This document shows positions 43,818-52,695 of a stretch of 64,000 nt of DNA, one piece after another. The position numbers were made by a program, and so were the translations under genes. Source of the stretch: an uncultured Verrucomicrobiae bacterium (GTDB lineage Bacteria; Chlamydiota; Chlamydiia; Chlamydiales; Rhabdochlamydiaceae); assembly GCA_963818965.1 (NCBI GenBank), contig CAWFUG010000011.1, positions 32,001 through 96,000 of the forward strand, read 5' to 3'. A model generated the notes under the pieces. That model was given only the letters and a program-made list of their open reading frames with translations. It was not told the origin of the DNA and made no database searches. Positions within the stretch are counted from its first letter, which is position 1. Every line of letters begins with the position of its first letter.

Positions 43818-43965
43818 AAGATTGTCGCCACATTGTGGCGACAATTGGCCATTGAATGTGGTAATGGATTCAATGACAAAAACTTAAGGCGCATGATGTA
43901 GTTTGCCGAAGTTTTTGACGAACAGATTGTCGTATCGCTGATACGACAATTGAGCTGGACTCATT
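43818..43965 (+). pseudogene. DUF1016 (YhcG-like) N-terminal domain relic with in-frame stop
   Basis: KIVATLWRQLAIECGNGFNDKNLRRMM*FAEVFDEQIVVSLIRQLSWTH; TAG at 43899. Confidence 0.8.
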
Positions 43966-44081
43966 GTATGGTTCCATCTCTCCCTCCCTATACAAACACG
44001 CTCTATTTCTCTCTATTCGCCTTAAGCGAATAGAGAGGTACGGGGGCGCGGGGGATGATAAACCCCCGAAAAAGCGCGTAT

Positions 44082-44708
44082 TCACTTAACGCCGAAGAGC
44101 ACCTCTTTAGAGGTCACGAGCTTCCCACCGGCGGCGGTAATTGCGGCGAAGCTGAGCGCTTCGTCGTGGGGCTGCAGATTGATCGCCCGACAGGCATCTA
44201 CAACTACGCTTACCTGAAAACCTAATTGCAGGGCATCTAGCGAGGAATAGAGGACGCAGTACTCGGTGACGAGACCTGCGATATAGAGCTCAGTCACGTG
44301 GTAGAGCTTTAAGAAAGTGTCGACCCCGGTCGAAGCGTGCTTTTGGTTGTCGAAAAAAGCGCTATAGCTATCGATCTCTTTGTTTGTTCCCTTTAAAAAG
44401 CAGCGATTGATCTTGTCCTGGTCTAGACTAGCGGATAGCTCAGCGCCCTTGGTGCCATTTACGCAATGGACAGGCCACAGGATCTGTTCCCCACCGCCCA
44501 CTTGAATCACGTCCCCTATTTTTTTACCCAGATGAGAAGCGGCAAAGCTGACATGGTCGGCGGGATGGTAATCTTGGGTGGCGACGATGATCTCAAAACC
44601 GGGGATCAGAGTATTGACGATGGGGATGATTTCATCTCCTTGGGGCACGGCGAGGGCGCCGCCGAGGAGAAAATCGTTTTGTAAATCGACGATGAGAAGT
44701 GCTTTCAC
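44082..44708 (-). CDS. pncA: Nicotinamidase/pyrazinamidase
   Basis: [33 protein letters not shown]....[14 protein letters not shown]. Confidence 0.95.
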   Translation of the reverse strand: MKALLIVDLQNDFLLGGALAVPQGDEIIPIVNTLIPGFEIIVATQDYHPADHVSFAASHLGKKIGDVIQVGGGEQILWPVHCVNGTKGAELSASLDQDKINRCFLKGTNKEIDSYSAFFDNQKHASTGVDTFLKLYHVTELYIAGLVTEYCVLYSSLDALQLGFQVSVVVDACRAINLQPHDEALSFAAITAAGGKLVTSKEVLFGVK

Positions 44709-46180
44709 GGGGAGTCTTTGGGTTTCAGGTCTTCGATGAGCCGCAGTTTGGTTTCATAGAGCGATTTTTCTAGGCCGACGAAATAGGGTTGGGGGAAGAG
44801 AAACCGGCGGATGGCGGGGTGAAATTGCCCTAGCTCTTGCAACGTCCTCTCGCGGATCTGTTGGAGGGGAAGATTGGGGTAGACCCGCTTTCCCTCTCTA
44901 AATACGGGGATGAGTAGGTCTTTATATTGAGCGTGCGAAGAGAGTGTCTTGGATCGGGCTGGATCGAGAGGATCAATGATCTGTGGGTTAGCAGGGAGAT
45001 CTGTGTGGATATCGAAGATCATGTCACCGAGATTGCCTCTCTCATCGGAGTAGCGACGCACCTGCAAGATCCCTGGATTTGTGACTTTGAGCATCTGCTC
45101 AGAGATTTTAACTTTGTATTGCCACTTCCCCTCTTGATCTTTTAAAGCGGAGAGTTTGTAAACACCATCGAGAGCAGGCTGATCTTTTCCCGTGACGAGA
45201 TTTGTGCCTACGCCCCAGAGGTCGATCTTCGCCCCTTGGTGCTTAAGGTCGCTGATGATGAGCTCATCGAGTTCATTGCTCGCCATGATTTTCGCCTTGG
45301 GAAAACCGGCTTCATCGAGAAGTTTGCGGATCTCAATACTCAAATGCGCTAAATCCCCTGAATCGAGACGGACGCCGAACATCTCTACGCCCCGCTTGCG
45401 CATCCGCCGAGCGGTCTCAATCGCCTTTTTAACCCCACCGATCGTATCGTAAGTGTCGACTAAAAAAATGCAATTGTGAGGCATCACATCGGCATATGCA
45501 TCGAAAGAGTCTTCCTCATCATCGAAGGCCATGATCCAACTGTGCGCATGCGTTCCTCGAACGGGAATGCCGTAGACTTTTCCGGCGAGGACATTTGAAG
45601 TGGAGTCGCAACCGCCGATGAAAGCCGCGCGGCTGGCGGCTAGCGCGCCATCGATCCCTTGCGCTCGACGCATGCCGAATTCGACGACGGGATCAGGTCT
45701 TGCGGCAAAACAGATCCGAGCCGCTTTCGTCGCAATCAGCGACTGAAAATTGATGATGTTGAGAAGAGCGCTCTCTAACAGCTGCGCATGGAGCATCGGT
45801 CCCCTCACGCGTAGAAGCGGCTCTTGTGGACAGATGGGAGTCCCTTCAGGAACCGCATCGATATCGCAGCGCAATTTTAAGGTGCTCAAGTAATCCAAAA
45901 AAGCGCGCTCGAAAAGAGGACTCCCATCCTCTGTTTTGAGCTGCTCGAGATAAGCTAAATCGCTTGGCTCATAGTGAAAGTTTTCCAAAAAATCGAGCGC
46001 AGTCCCCAACCCTGCGGCAATCGCAAATCCCCCGTTGAAGGGTTTTCTTCTGAAGAAGAGGTGAAAGACTGCCTCTCGCTCCGCCATCCCCTTTTTCCAG
46101 TAGCCATAGGCCATGGTCAATTCATAGAGATCTGTGAGGAGGGTAAGGGAATCGCGGTAGATCGAGTTATGTGTTTGCAT
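44705..46180 (-). CDS. pncB: Nicotinate phosphoribosyltransferase
   Basis: [49 protein letters not shown]; overlaps the pncA start. Confidence 0.95.
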   Translation of the reverse strand: MQTHNSIYRDSLTLLTDLYELTMAYGYWKKGMAEREAVFHLFFRRKPFNGGFAIAAGLGTALDFLENFHYEPSDLAYLEQLKTEDGSPLFERAFLDYLSTLKLRCDIDAVPEGTPICPQEPLLRVRGPMLHAQLLESALLNIINFQSLIATKAARICFAARPDPVVEFGMRRAQGIDGALAASRAAFIGGCDSTSNVLAGKVYGIPVRGTHAHSWIMAFDDEEDSFDAYADVMPHNCIFLVDTYDTIGGVKKAIETARRMRKRGVEMFGVRLDSGDLAHLSIEIRKLLDEAGFPKAKIMASNELDELIISDLKHQGAKIDLWGVGTNLVTGKDQPALDGVYKLSALKDQEGKWQYKVKISEQMLKVTNPGILQVRRYSDERGNLGDMIFDIHTDLPANPQIIDPLDPARSKTLSSHAQYKDLLIPVFREGKRVYPNLPLQQIRERTLQELGQFHPAIRRFLFPQPYFVGLEKSLYETKLRLIEDLKPKDSP

Positions 46181-46541
46181 TGGGCTTGGGTTTAGCTTCT
46201 GGGTGCTCTTTTAGGATTTCTTCTCGGCGATTTTTAAGCGCGTCGATGTATTTTTGATTTTTGGCCATTTGCTCTTTATCCATATCTGCTTTTTCAAAAG
46301 CGCGCTTGGCCTCCTGCGTCATCCCCTGCTGAAATTGCCAACGAGAGCCCGCATCATTCCAACGCGTCATGGAGCGCTTAAGCCGTATCTGTTCATCATC
46401 CATCCGTCTAAGCTCTGTGTCGATCTCTGAAAGCTCTGTCTTCCAGTCTTGGTTTGCAAGTCTTTGCAAAAACGGAATCTCCTCAGAGTATAAAGAAAAA
46501 ACAGTAAAAAAACAACCCAAACTTAAAAACAATAGATGCAT
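46167..46541 (-). CDS. Hypothetical exported coiled-coil protein
   Basis: Probable ATG at 46541, signal-like N-terminus, charged helical body; overlaps the pncB start. Confidence 0.65.
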   Translation of the reverse strand: MHLLFLSLGCFFTVFSLYSEEIPFLQRLANQDWKTELSEIDTELRRMDDEQIRLKRSMTRWNDAGSRWQFQQGMTQEAKRAFEKADMDKEQMAKNQKYIDALKNRREEILKEHPEAKPKPNANT

Positions 46542-46638
46542 TAGACCTCTCTTTCTTTTTTCAGAGTAAGAAGTTGACCAAAGGATTGCAAGAAGATATA
46601 TACCCAAGTGGACTCAATTGAGATAGACAAGGTGTAAA

Positions 46639-47574
46639 ATGGAGCATTCCCACGAAGGGTGTCAGGGGCACGGTGCGCATGTGCAGGGAAAGGCGCTCTA
46701 TCGCGCGCTCTGGATCGCTGCTTTTTTTATGCTCATCGAAGTGATCAGCGGAATCATCGCCAACAGCTTAGCTCTGATTAGCGATGCGGCTCATTTATTC
46801 ACCGATGTCGGAGCCTTGGGGCTCGGACTCATCGTCGTCAAAATCGCCCATCTCCCGCGGACCCCCAAGATGAGCTATGGTTACCAGCGCGCTGAAATCT
46901 TAGGCGCTTTAGGCAGTTCCCTCGCTCTCTGGGCGCTCTGCGGCGTGCTGATTTACGAAGCAATCACTCGCCTCATCCACCCGCAACCAGTCGCAGGGCC
47001 GATCGTCTTCGTCGTCGCAGTCATCGGGCTCATCGCTAACATCGTCATGATACGGATTTTGCACCCTTCTCAGGGACATAGTTTAAATATGCGCGCCGCT
47101 TACCTACATGTGTTAGGAGATCTGTTGGGCAGTGTCGGTGTACTTTTGAGCGGACTGCTCCTCTGGCTGACACACTGGTACCCTATCGACCCTTTGATCA
47201 CTCTCCTCTTCTCCCTCGGCATCCTCTATGGATCTGGAAAAGTGATCAAGCATACCGTCTCTATTTTAATGGAGTCTGCACCCGCCCATATCGACCCGAC
47301 CGCCGTCCAAAGCGACCTCTCAGCGATCCCAGGAGTGAAGGAAGTCCACGACCTGCACATCTGGTCGATCTCCGCTAAAAAAGTAGCCCTGAGCGCCCAT
47401 ATCGTAGCTGCAGACACCCACCGCGCGCTGCGCGAGGCGCATCTGATCATCGAAAAAAAATATAAAATTTCCCATATGACCTTGCAAATGGAAGACCCGG
47501 AGCACTTTGAGCCCCACTACTGCTACGATTGCGAAAATTTAGGCGCTCCAAAAGTAGAGCATGGGATAGAATGA
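46639..47574 (+). CDS. Cation diffusion facilitator (CzcD/ZitB-like)
   Basis: SLALISDAAHLFTD, SYGYQRAEIL, NMRAAYLHVLGD, VHDLHIWS. Confidence 0.95.
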   Translation: MEHSHEGCQGHGAHVQGKALYRALWIAAFFMLIEVISGIIANSLALISDAAHLFTDVGALGLGLIVVKIAHLPRTPKMSYGYQRAEILGALGSSLALWALCGVLIYEAITRLIHPQPVAGPIVFVVAVIGLIANIVMIRILHPSQGHSLNMRAAYLHVLGDLLGSVGVLLSGLLLWLTHWYPIDPLITLLFSLGILYGSGKVIKHTVSILMESAPAHIDPTAVQSDLSAIPGVKEVHDLHIWSISAKKVALSAHIVAADTHRALREAHLIIEKKYKISHMTLQMEDPEHFEPHYCYDCENLGAPKVEHGIE

Positions 47575-48326
47575 GTGTAGGATTTATGACCAAAAGATTT
47601 TTTTTCTTTATTTTCGTGACACTGGTGGGTTTTTCTCTAACTGCGTTTGCAGAAGAGGGGTACCCCAGCTTCCAGGAGAAGTTCGCTTCGGCCAAAGAGG
47701 GGGACTACAGCGTCACAGCATTAGAGGGGCATTATTGCCTACTCCTCATTCGCGCCCTCACGCCGACACGACTCCTGTTAGAGGAGGTCACGGTGCCTGA
47801 GCGACAGATCGATTTAAAAAAGCAGAACTGGCAGAAATGGCTCAATCAGAAGGCTCCAGGGCACACCTCGTGGACCCTCTACACAATCGATCGAAAGGCA
47901 AATCGGCTCATCGACTGCTTTTCCTACAGCAAAAATGGATGGATCGTCTTAGGCGAAGGAGAGCAGTTCTTCTGCAAACTCCTCAGCCTCCCCCTAAAAC
48001 CTGTGTCTAAAGAAGCCCGCAAGAAAATCGGTTCTAATACTTCCAGCGAAGAGGCCGATCATCGCCCTCTGTGGAGTCCGCCTGTCGTGATCGAAGGCAA
48101 GAAAATCGCAAAACCGAGCATCGACGTCTTCTCTGCACAGTGGCCACAAGACTCCTCTCCCCTTTCCCGCTGCACCCTCGAGCTCTATTTTAACAGCCAA
48201 GACCCCGCATTTCCCTTCCCCTACTGGATCGAGGTTAAGACACCTCACTACACATTCAAGGTGCGCAGCGTCGATTCAGGCCACGGGCTCCGCTCCCCCA
48301 TGCAGAGGTTGCAGATCTCCCCATAA
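47571..48326 (+). CDS. Hypothetical exported protein
   Basis: Probable ATG overlapping the CDF stop; signal peptide ending AFA; long ORF. Confidence 0.75.
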   Translation: MSVGFMTKRFFFFIFVTLVGFSLTAFAEEGYPSFQEKFASAKEGDYSVTALEGHYCLLLIRALTPTRLLLEEVTVPERQIDLKKQNWQKWLNQKAPGHTSWTLYTIDRKANRLIDCFSYSKNGWIVLGEGEQFFCKLLSLPLKPVSKEARKKIGSNTSSEEADHRPLWSPPVVIEGKKIAKPSIDVFSAQWPQDSSPLSRCTLELYFNSQDPAFPFPYWIEVKTPHYTFKVRSVDSGHGLRSPMQRLQISP

Positions 48327-48631
48327 AAAGTTTCAGTCGATTTCTGGGTTCTTTTGAGTCCACTTGGGTGGCCAAAATAATCCCGAAAAGCGACGAAAAA
48401 GTTTACTGGGAGAGGTTCTTATGAACAAACTTTCCCCAATAAGTATTTACAGAAGCTGGTAGCGGTTAAAAGCACTGGGGAGATAGGTTGTAAATATCTA
48501 ATAACCAGCATCTTACAAAACACTAAGAGAGAAGGGTTTCTTACGGTTCTAAGTCGCTGAAGCTGACGGTCTTCTCATCGAAAAGCGACCACTTATGAAC
48601 AGGTTTTCCACAATGCGAGTGAGTCTCAGTA

Positions 48632-48715
48632 AGAAGCTTGGTGTTTCACCACAGAAGCTTGGTATTTCACCACAGAGAGAAAATAGATATAAAAAAATTT
48701 CTCTCTGTGGTGAAA
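48632..48715. repeat. Tandem 21-bp repeat plus ACCACAGAG-family hairpin
   Basis: AGAAGCTTGGT(G/A)TTTCACCAC twice, then TTTCACCACAGAGAGAAA...TTTCTCTCTGTGGTGAAA. Confidence 0.75.
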
Positions 48716-48746
48716 CTGCATCTATTCAGAACGGAATGATGGGGAA

Positions 48747-50309
48747 CTAAATCGTATTTAAGGGCTGAGGTACGCCTTCTTCAGGCGCTGAGAGGGGCTG
48801 TTTTGTAGTCGTAACCGCTTTGAACTGTTTCCCGAGCGATACGACCGAGTAGATCCAGGCGAGCAACACGACGAACAAGAGCCCTGCGATATAGGGCGTA
48901 GAGAGCGTGACGCTACCGAGCAAGATGATAAAGCCTTGGTAGGTCAGAGAAGAGCCTGATTTCCCGATTCCTGATCCCAAGCCGTCGATGGCAGCCTTCC
49001 CTTTTAATTTCGACTCAGGGGAAAGGGGCAAGAAGGCGAGTTCCTTTGTCGCATCGAAGACCGAGTATTTACCTGCTTTACTCACACAATTTTGCATAGA
49101 ACCGCAGTAGACAGTCATTGCCAAAGGGGTCACGCCAAAAAGGGCAGAGGAGACGGCAAACAGGGCATCTTGGCAGAACATAAAGGTGAAAAAGCCAATC
49201 GCCATGATGGTCATGAGCAATGGGGTGATAATCGCCGTAAACGTCCATCCGAGACGCGTGACCATGATGGAGAAGAAAACCCCTCCGATGGTCGCAAAGA
49301 TCCCAATCCCAATGGTGATCTTACTCATGTGCTCGATCATCTCATTGGGGTCGGAAAAAAACCGCTTTAACTGTTCTTTCCACAAGACGTCTGTGAAGTT
49401 AATACTGATGTTATAGCCTAAGACGATGATCGCTAGAGGGACGAGATAGGGAGAGCGGACGATGTACTTGATGCTCTCTCTCAAAGAAAGTTTACTCTTC
49501 TTGGATTCTGGAGAATCCCCTGCTACGGGCTCTTTCTTCTCTTCTTTGGGGAGCACGTAGCGATTGATCCACCAATAAAAACCCATCGCCAAAACTCCAA
49601 CAATAGAGACGACTAACACCAACTGGCAGAGAGTCTGTCCCCAAGGATCGGTCACCGAAGAAAGGAAGGAGAGAGCCATCGGCTGGCTGAAAAATAGAGC
49701 TAAGCTTCCCCCTACAATCGGAGCGAAATTAGAGCCGATGTTCAATAAGCCATAGGTTCGCTTGGCCTCATTGACCTGGGTGACATCGTTGGCAAAACCC
49801 CAATAGAGCACAGTGAGGACAAGCACAGCCCAAAGCTCTGAGATCACGTAAAATGTCGTAAACGTCCAGTTGCGTAAAAGAGCGATGAGCCCTTGAAATC
49901 CCTTAGGCAAAACAGAGGTTAAAAATTCTCCTAACCGGTCGAAATGGAGAGCCTCGCTGTTGGGATAGAGGACGAAGGCGAATAAGAGAAAATAGCTGAT
50001 AAAACTAGAAAGGAGGATATAAAAGGCGCTTTCCTTGCTGAAATAACGTCTGAGACGGGTGTAGACCCATGTCGCGATAAAGACACCGGGTAACATCCCC
50101 CAGACCTTGATAAAGGGGATCACTTCAGCGCCTGAGTGTTTCGCTGTCAAAATAATCGTATCTTTGAGATTGCGTAAGATCCCATAACAGATGCAAAGCA
50201 GAAAAAGCAGAAGGAGCATAGAAAGAACTTTTTTAACTTCCGTCCGATGGACGGGCCAAAAAACCGACCGAAGAAGACTAAATTGATCTTTTTTCTGCAC
50301 AGAAGCCAT
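48747..50309 (-). CDS. Nucleotide transport protein, TLC/Npt (ATP/ADP translocase) family
   Basis: FWPVH..E.KK, LRNLKD, AEVIPFIKVW, SELW, YWGFAND, KYSVFDATKELAFLPL, KGKAAID, GKSG; probable ATG at 50309. Confidence 0.95.
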   Translation of the reverse strand: MASVQKKDQFSLLRSVFWPVHRTEVKKVLSMLLLLFLLCICYGILRNLKDTIILTAKHSGAEVIPFIKVWGMLPGVFIATWVYTRLRRYFSKESAFYILLSSFISYFLLFAFVLYPNSEALHFDRLGEFLTSVLPKGFQGLIALLRNWTFTTFYVISELWAVLVLTVLYWGFANDVTQVNEAKRTYGLLNIGSNFAPIVGGSLALFFSQPMALSFLSSVTDPWGQTLCQLVLVVSIVGVLAMGFYWWINRYVLPKEEKKEPVAGDSPESKKSKLSLRESIKYIVRSPYLVPLAIIVLGYNISINFTDVLWKEQLKRFFSDPNEMIEHMSKITIGIGIFATIGGVFFSIMVTRLGWTFTAIITPLLMTIMAIGFFTFMFCQDALFAVSSALFGVTPLAMTVYCGSMQNCVSKAGKYSVFDATKELAFLPLSPESKLKGKAAIDGLGSGIGKSGSSLTYQGFIILLGSVTLSTPYIAGLLFVVLLAWIYSVVSLGKQFKAVTTTKQPLSAPEEGVPQPLNTI

Positions 50310-50457
50310 ATGTTCATCCCAAACCTCCCTAGAGTAGCTTTCCATTCGATTTTTCACAAGGGAAATATTTTTTTTGACAAATTTAGGGAAATTCGATTAT
50401 TAAGTCCCCAGTGAACACCCAACCTGGCTCAAGGTTAGGGTATATCTTGGAGTCATC

Positions 50458-51786
50458 ATGTCGATAGCAGAACAATCGGCCCCTACAGAAGCTGTATCTT
50501 GGATCCGCACCCTCGCGGCTCCGCTGCTTTTAATTGCGGTTTGTCCCGCCCTCGTCATGCTCGTTTGGTTCACAAATGCCCATTTGGGCGGATCGACCGA
50601 TACCTTATTCTCCCTCTTTTCTCAAAAAGGAATTTTTGCGACGATCTATTCGATTTGGGCCCCTGTCTTTTTCGGCACTGCAAAAGCGTGGAAAATTTTG
50701 GCGGCATTTGCCGGCTTCGAGCTTTTATTGATGAAGGTTCTCCCTGGCAGAAAATTCCACGGACCCGTTACTCCCAAAGGGAATATCCCCGCCTATAAGG
50801 CCAATGGAGTCTCCGCTTTTTTGAGCACGCTCTTTCTCTTTTACTTTGCGACCCACTCGCTTAAGCTCTTTTCCGCCACTCTGATCTACGACAACTTCGG
50901 CGGTCTTCTCGGTGCTCTCAATATCTTCAGCCTCATCTTCTGTCTCTTCCTCTATTTCAAAGGCAGATACAAACCCTCCAGCACAGATGCAGTCAGCTCG
51001 CGCGGGCCGCTGGCCGATTATTTTTGGGGGATGGAGCTCTACCCTCGCCTCTTTGGCTGGGATGTCAAAATGTTTACAAACTGCCGTTTCGGCATGATGG
51101 GATGGGGTCTCATCCTCCTTTCCTTTGCTGCAAAACAACAAGAGCTCTATGGATTATCCAATTCGATGATCATCGCTGTGACCCTACAGCTCGCCTACAT
51201 TCTAAAATTTTTTTGGTGGGAAACCGGATATCTGCGTTCGATGGACATCATGTACGACCGCGCCGGCTTCTGCATTTGCTGGGGCTGTCTCGTCTGGCTG
51301 CCTGCGATCTACACCTCCCCTACCCTCTACCTTGTGAACCATCCCAATCACCTGCAACCACTCCTCGCTGCCGGCATCTTCCTCATCGGGATCAGTTGTA
51401 TTCTCGTCAATTACCTAGCCGATCGACAAAGGCAATACGTCCGTCTGAAAAATGGAGACTGCACGATCTGGAGAAAAAAACCCGACCTTATCTTCGCCAA
51501 TTACAAAACCGACTGGGGCGAAGAAAAACAGAACCTGCTGCTCGTCTCTGGCTGGTGGGGAATCTCTCGGCACTTCCATTACATCCCTGAACTCCTCGGC
51601 GCCGTCTGTTGGAGCATTCCCGCTCTTTTCACTCACTACATCCCTTATTTCCATTTGACCTTTCTCGTCCTTCTCCTCATGGACCGCACCTACCGTCGGG
51701 AAAAGCAATGCGCGACGAAATACGGCAAAGACTGGGAAAAATACTGCGAACGGGTCCCCTTTCGCTTCATCCCTTTCCTGTATTAA
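50458..51786 (+). CDS. Sterol reductase (ERG4/ERG24 family, 7-dehydrocholesterol-reductase-like)
   Basis: YKANG, FWGMELYPR, DVKMFTNCRFGMMGW, MDIMYDRAGF, LLVSGWWGISRHFHY, KYGKDWEKYCERVPFRFIP. Confidence 0.93.
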   Translation: MSIAEQSAPTEAVSWIRTLAAPLLLIAVCPALVMLVWFTNAHLGGSTDTLFSLFSQKGIFATIYSIWAPVFFGTAKAWKILAAFAGFELLLMKVLPGRKFHGPVTPKGNIPAYKANGVSAFLSTLFLFYFATHSLKLFSATLIYDNFGGLLGALNIFSLIFCLFLYFKGRYKPSSTDAVSSRGPLADYFWGMELYPRLFGWDVKMFTNCRFGMMGWGLILLSFAAKQQELYGLSNSMIIAVTLQLAYILKFFWWETGYLRSMDIMYDRAGFCICWGCLVWLPAIYTSPTLYLVNHPNHLQPLLAAGIFLIGISCILVNYLADRQRQYVRLKNGDCTIWRKKPDLIFANYKTDWGEEKQNLLLVSGWWGISRHFHYIPELLGAVCWSIPALFTHYIPYFHLTFLVLLLMDRTYRREKQCATKYGKDWEKYCERVPFRFIPFLY

Positions 51787-51807
51787 AAAGTCGTTTTCCT
51801 CTAAACC

Positions 51808-51861
51808 GTGGTTTCCCCTCTCTGTGGTGAAAATTTTTTAACCACAGAGAGGGGAAACCAC
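51808..51861. repeat. Palindrome, ACCACAGAG family copy 2
   Basis: GTGGTTTCCCCTCTCTGTGGT-N12-ACCACAGAGAGGGGAAACCAC, arms identical to the core of 1115-1218. Confidence 0.88.
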
Positions 51862-51925
51862 AGAGAGGAAAGAGATTGGGTTTTCCCTTGCGTTTATTCA
51901 GGTTTGCTTCCTACAATTGTCCTTT

Positions 51926-52648
51926 ATGTTTTTCCGTTTCTTAATCAAAATTTTTGCAAGTTTGCTCATGTGCGCCTCTTCCCCTCTACCGGCTCAAGAA
52001 AAAGAGCCACGACCTCTCGCTCTCATTCTCCTCGGCCCTCCAGGATCGGGTAAAGGAACACAGGCTACTCTCCTCAAGGAAGCCTTGCACCTGCCCCACA
52101 TTTCGACGGGAGATCTCTTGCGCGAGCACATCCGTCGCGATACAGAGCTCGGAAGAGAAGCGAAGACGTTCATGGACAAAGGACAACTGGTCCCCGACCC
52201 ATTGATTTTGAATATGTTCTTCGAGAGAATCGAAGCGCCCGACTGTCACAAGGGATATATCCTCGACGGCGTTCCACGCACTCTTCCTCAAGCAGAGAGC
52301 GTCCAGTCCCATCTCGAAAAAAAGGCAAAAATCGTCGTCGTCAACCTCTCGTTGAACGATGACAAGGTGATCGAAAGACTGGCCAACCGCCTCACTTGCG
52401 AAAAATGTGGGACGTCCTATCACCTTCTCTATTCTCCTCCTAAGCATAAAGGAATCTGCGATCGCTGCTCGGGGAAACTCATCCAGCGTTCCGATGACAC
52501 AGAAACAGTCATCCGCGAACGGCTCAACGTCTACCGGAAACAAACAGAGCCACTCATCGCTTTTTATACGCATCTGGGATTGCTGCACACTATCCCCTGC
52601 GATCAGCCCAAAGAAAAGATTTACGCCACACTCATCGCCTTCTTGTAA
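51926..52648 (+). CDS. adk: Adenylate kinase with N-terminal extension
   Basis: LLGPPGSGKGTQA, HISTGDLLR, GQLVPD, ILDGVPRT, Cys4 zinc LID (CEKC..CDRC), QRSDD. Confidence 0.93.
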   Translation: MFFRFLIKIFASLLMCASSPLPAQEKEPRPLALILLGPPGSGKGTQATLLKEALHLPHISTGDLLREHIRRDTELGREAKTFMDKGQLVPDPLILNMFFERIEAPDCHKGYILDGVPRTLPQAESVQSHLEKKAKIVVVNLSLNDDKVIERLANRLTCEKCGTSYHLLYSPPKHKGICDRCSGKLIQRSDDTETVIRERLNVYRKQTEPLIAFYTHLGLLHTIPCDQPKEKIYATLIAFL

Positions 52649-52695
52649 ATAAATCAGGGTCTGCTAAGATCAATTTTTAAATGTGATTTTAGGAG

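Noticed and set aside
43870..44085. 71-aa minus-strand ORF and hairpin CTCTCTATTCGC/GCGAATAGAGAG near 44007-44037
   Set aside because: The ORF is antisense to the DUF1016 relic; the hairpin is single-copy here and may simply terminate pncA.
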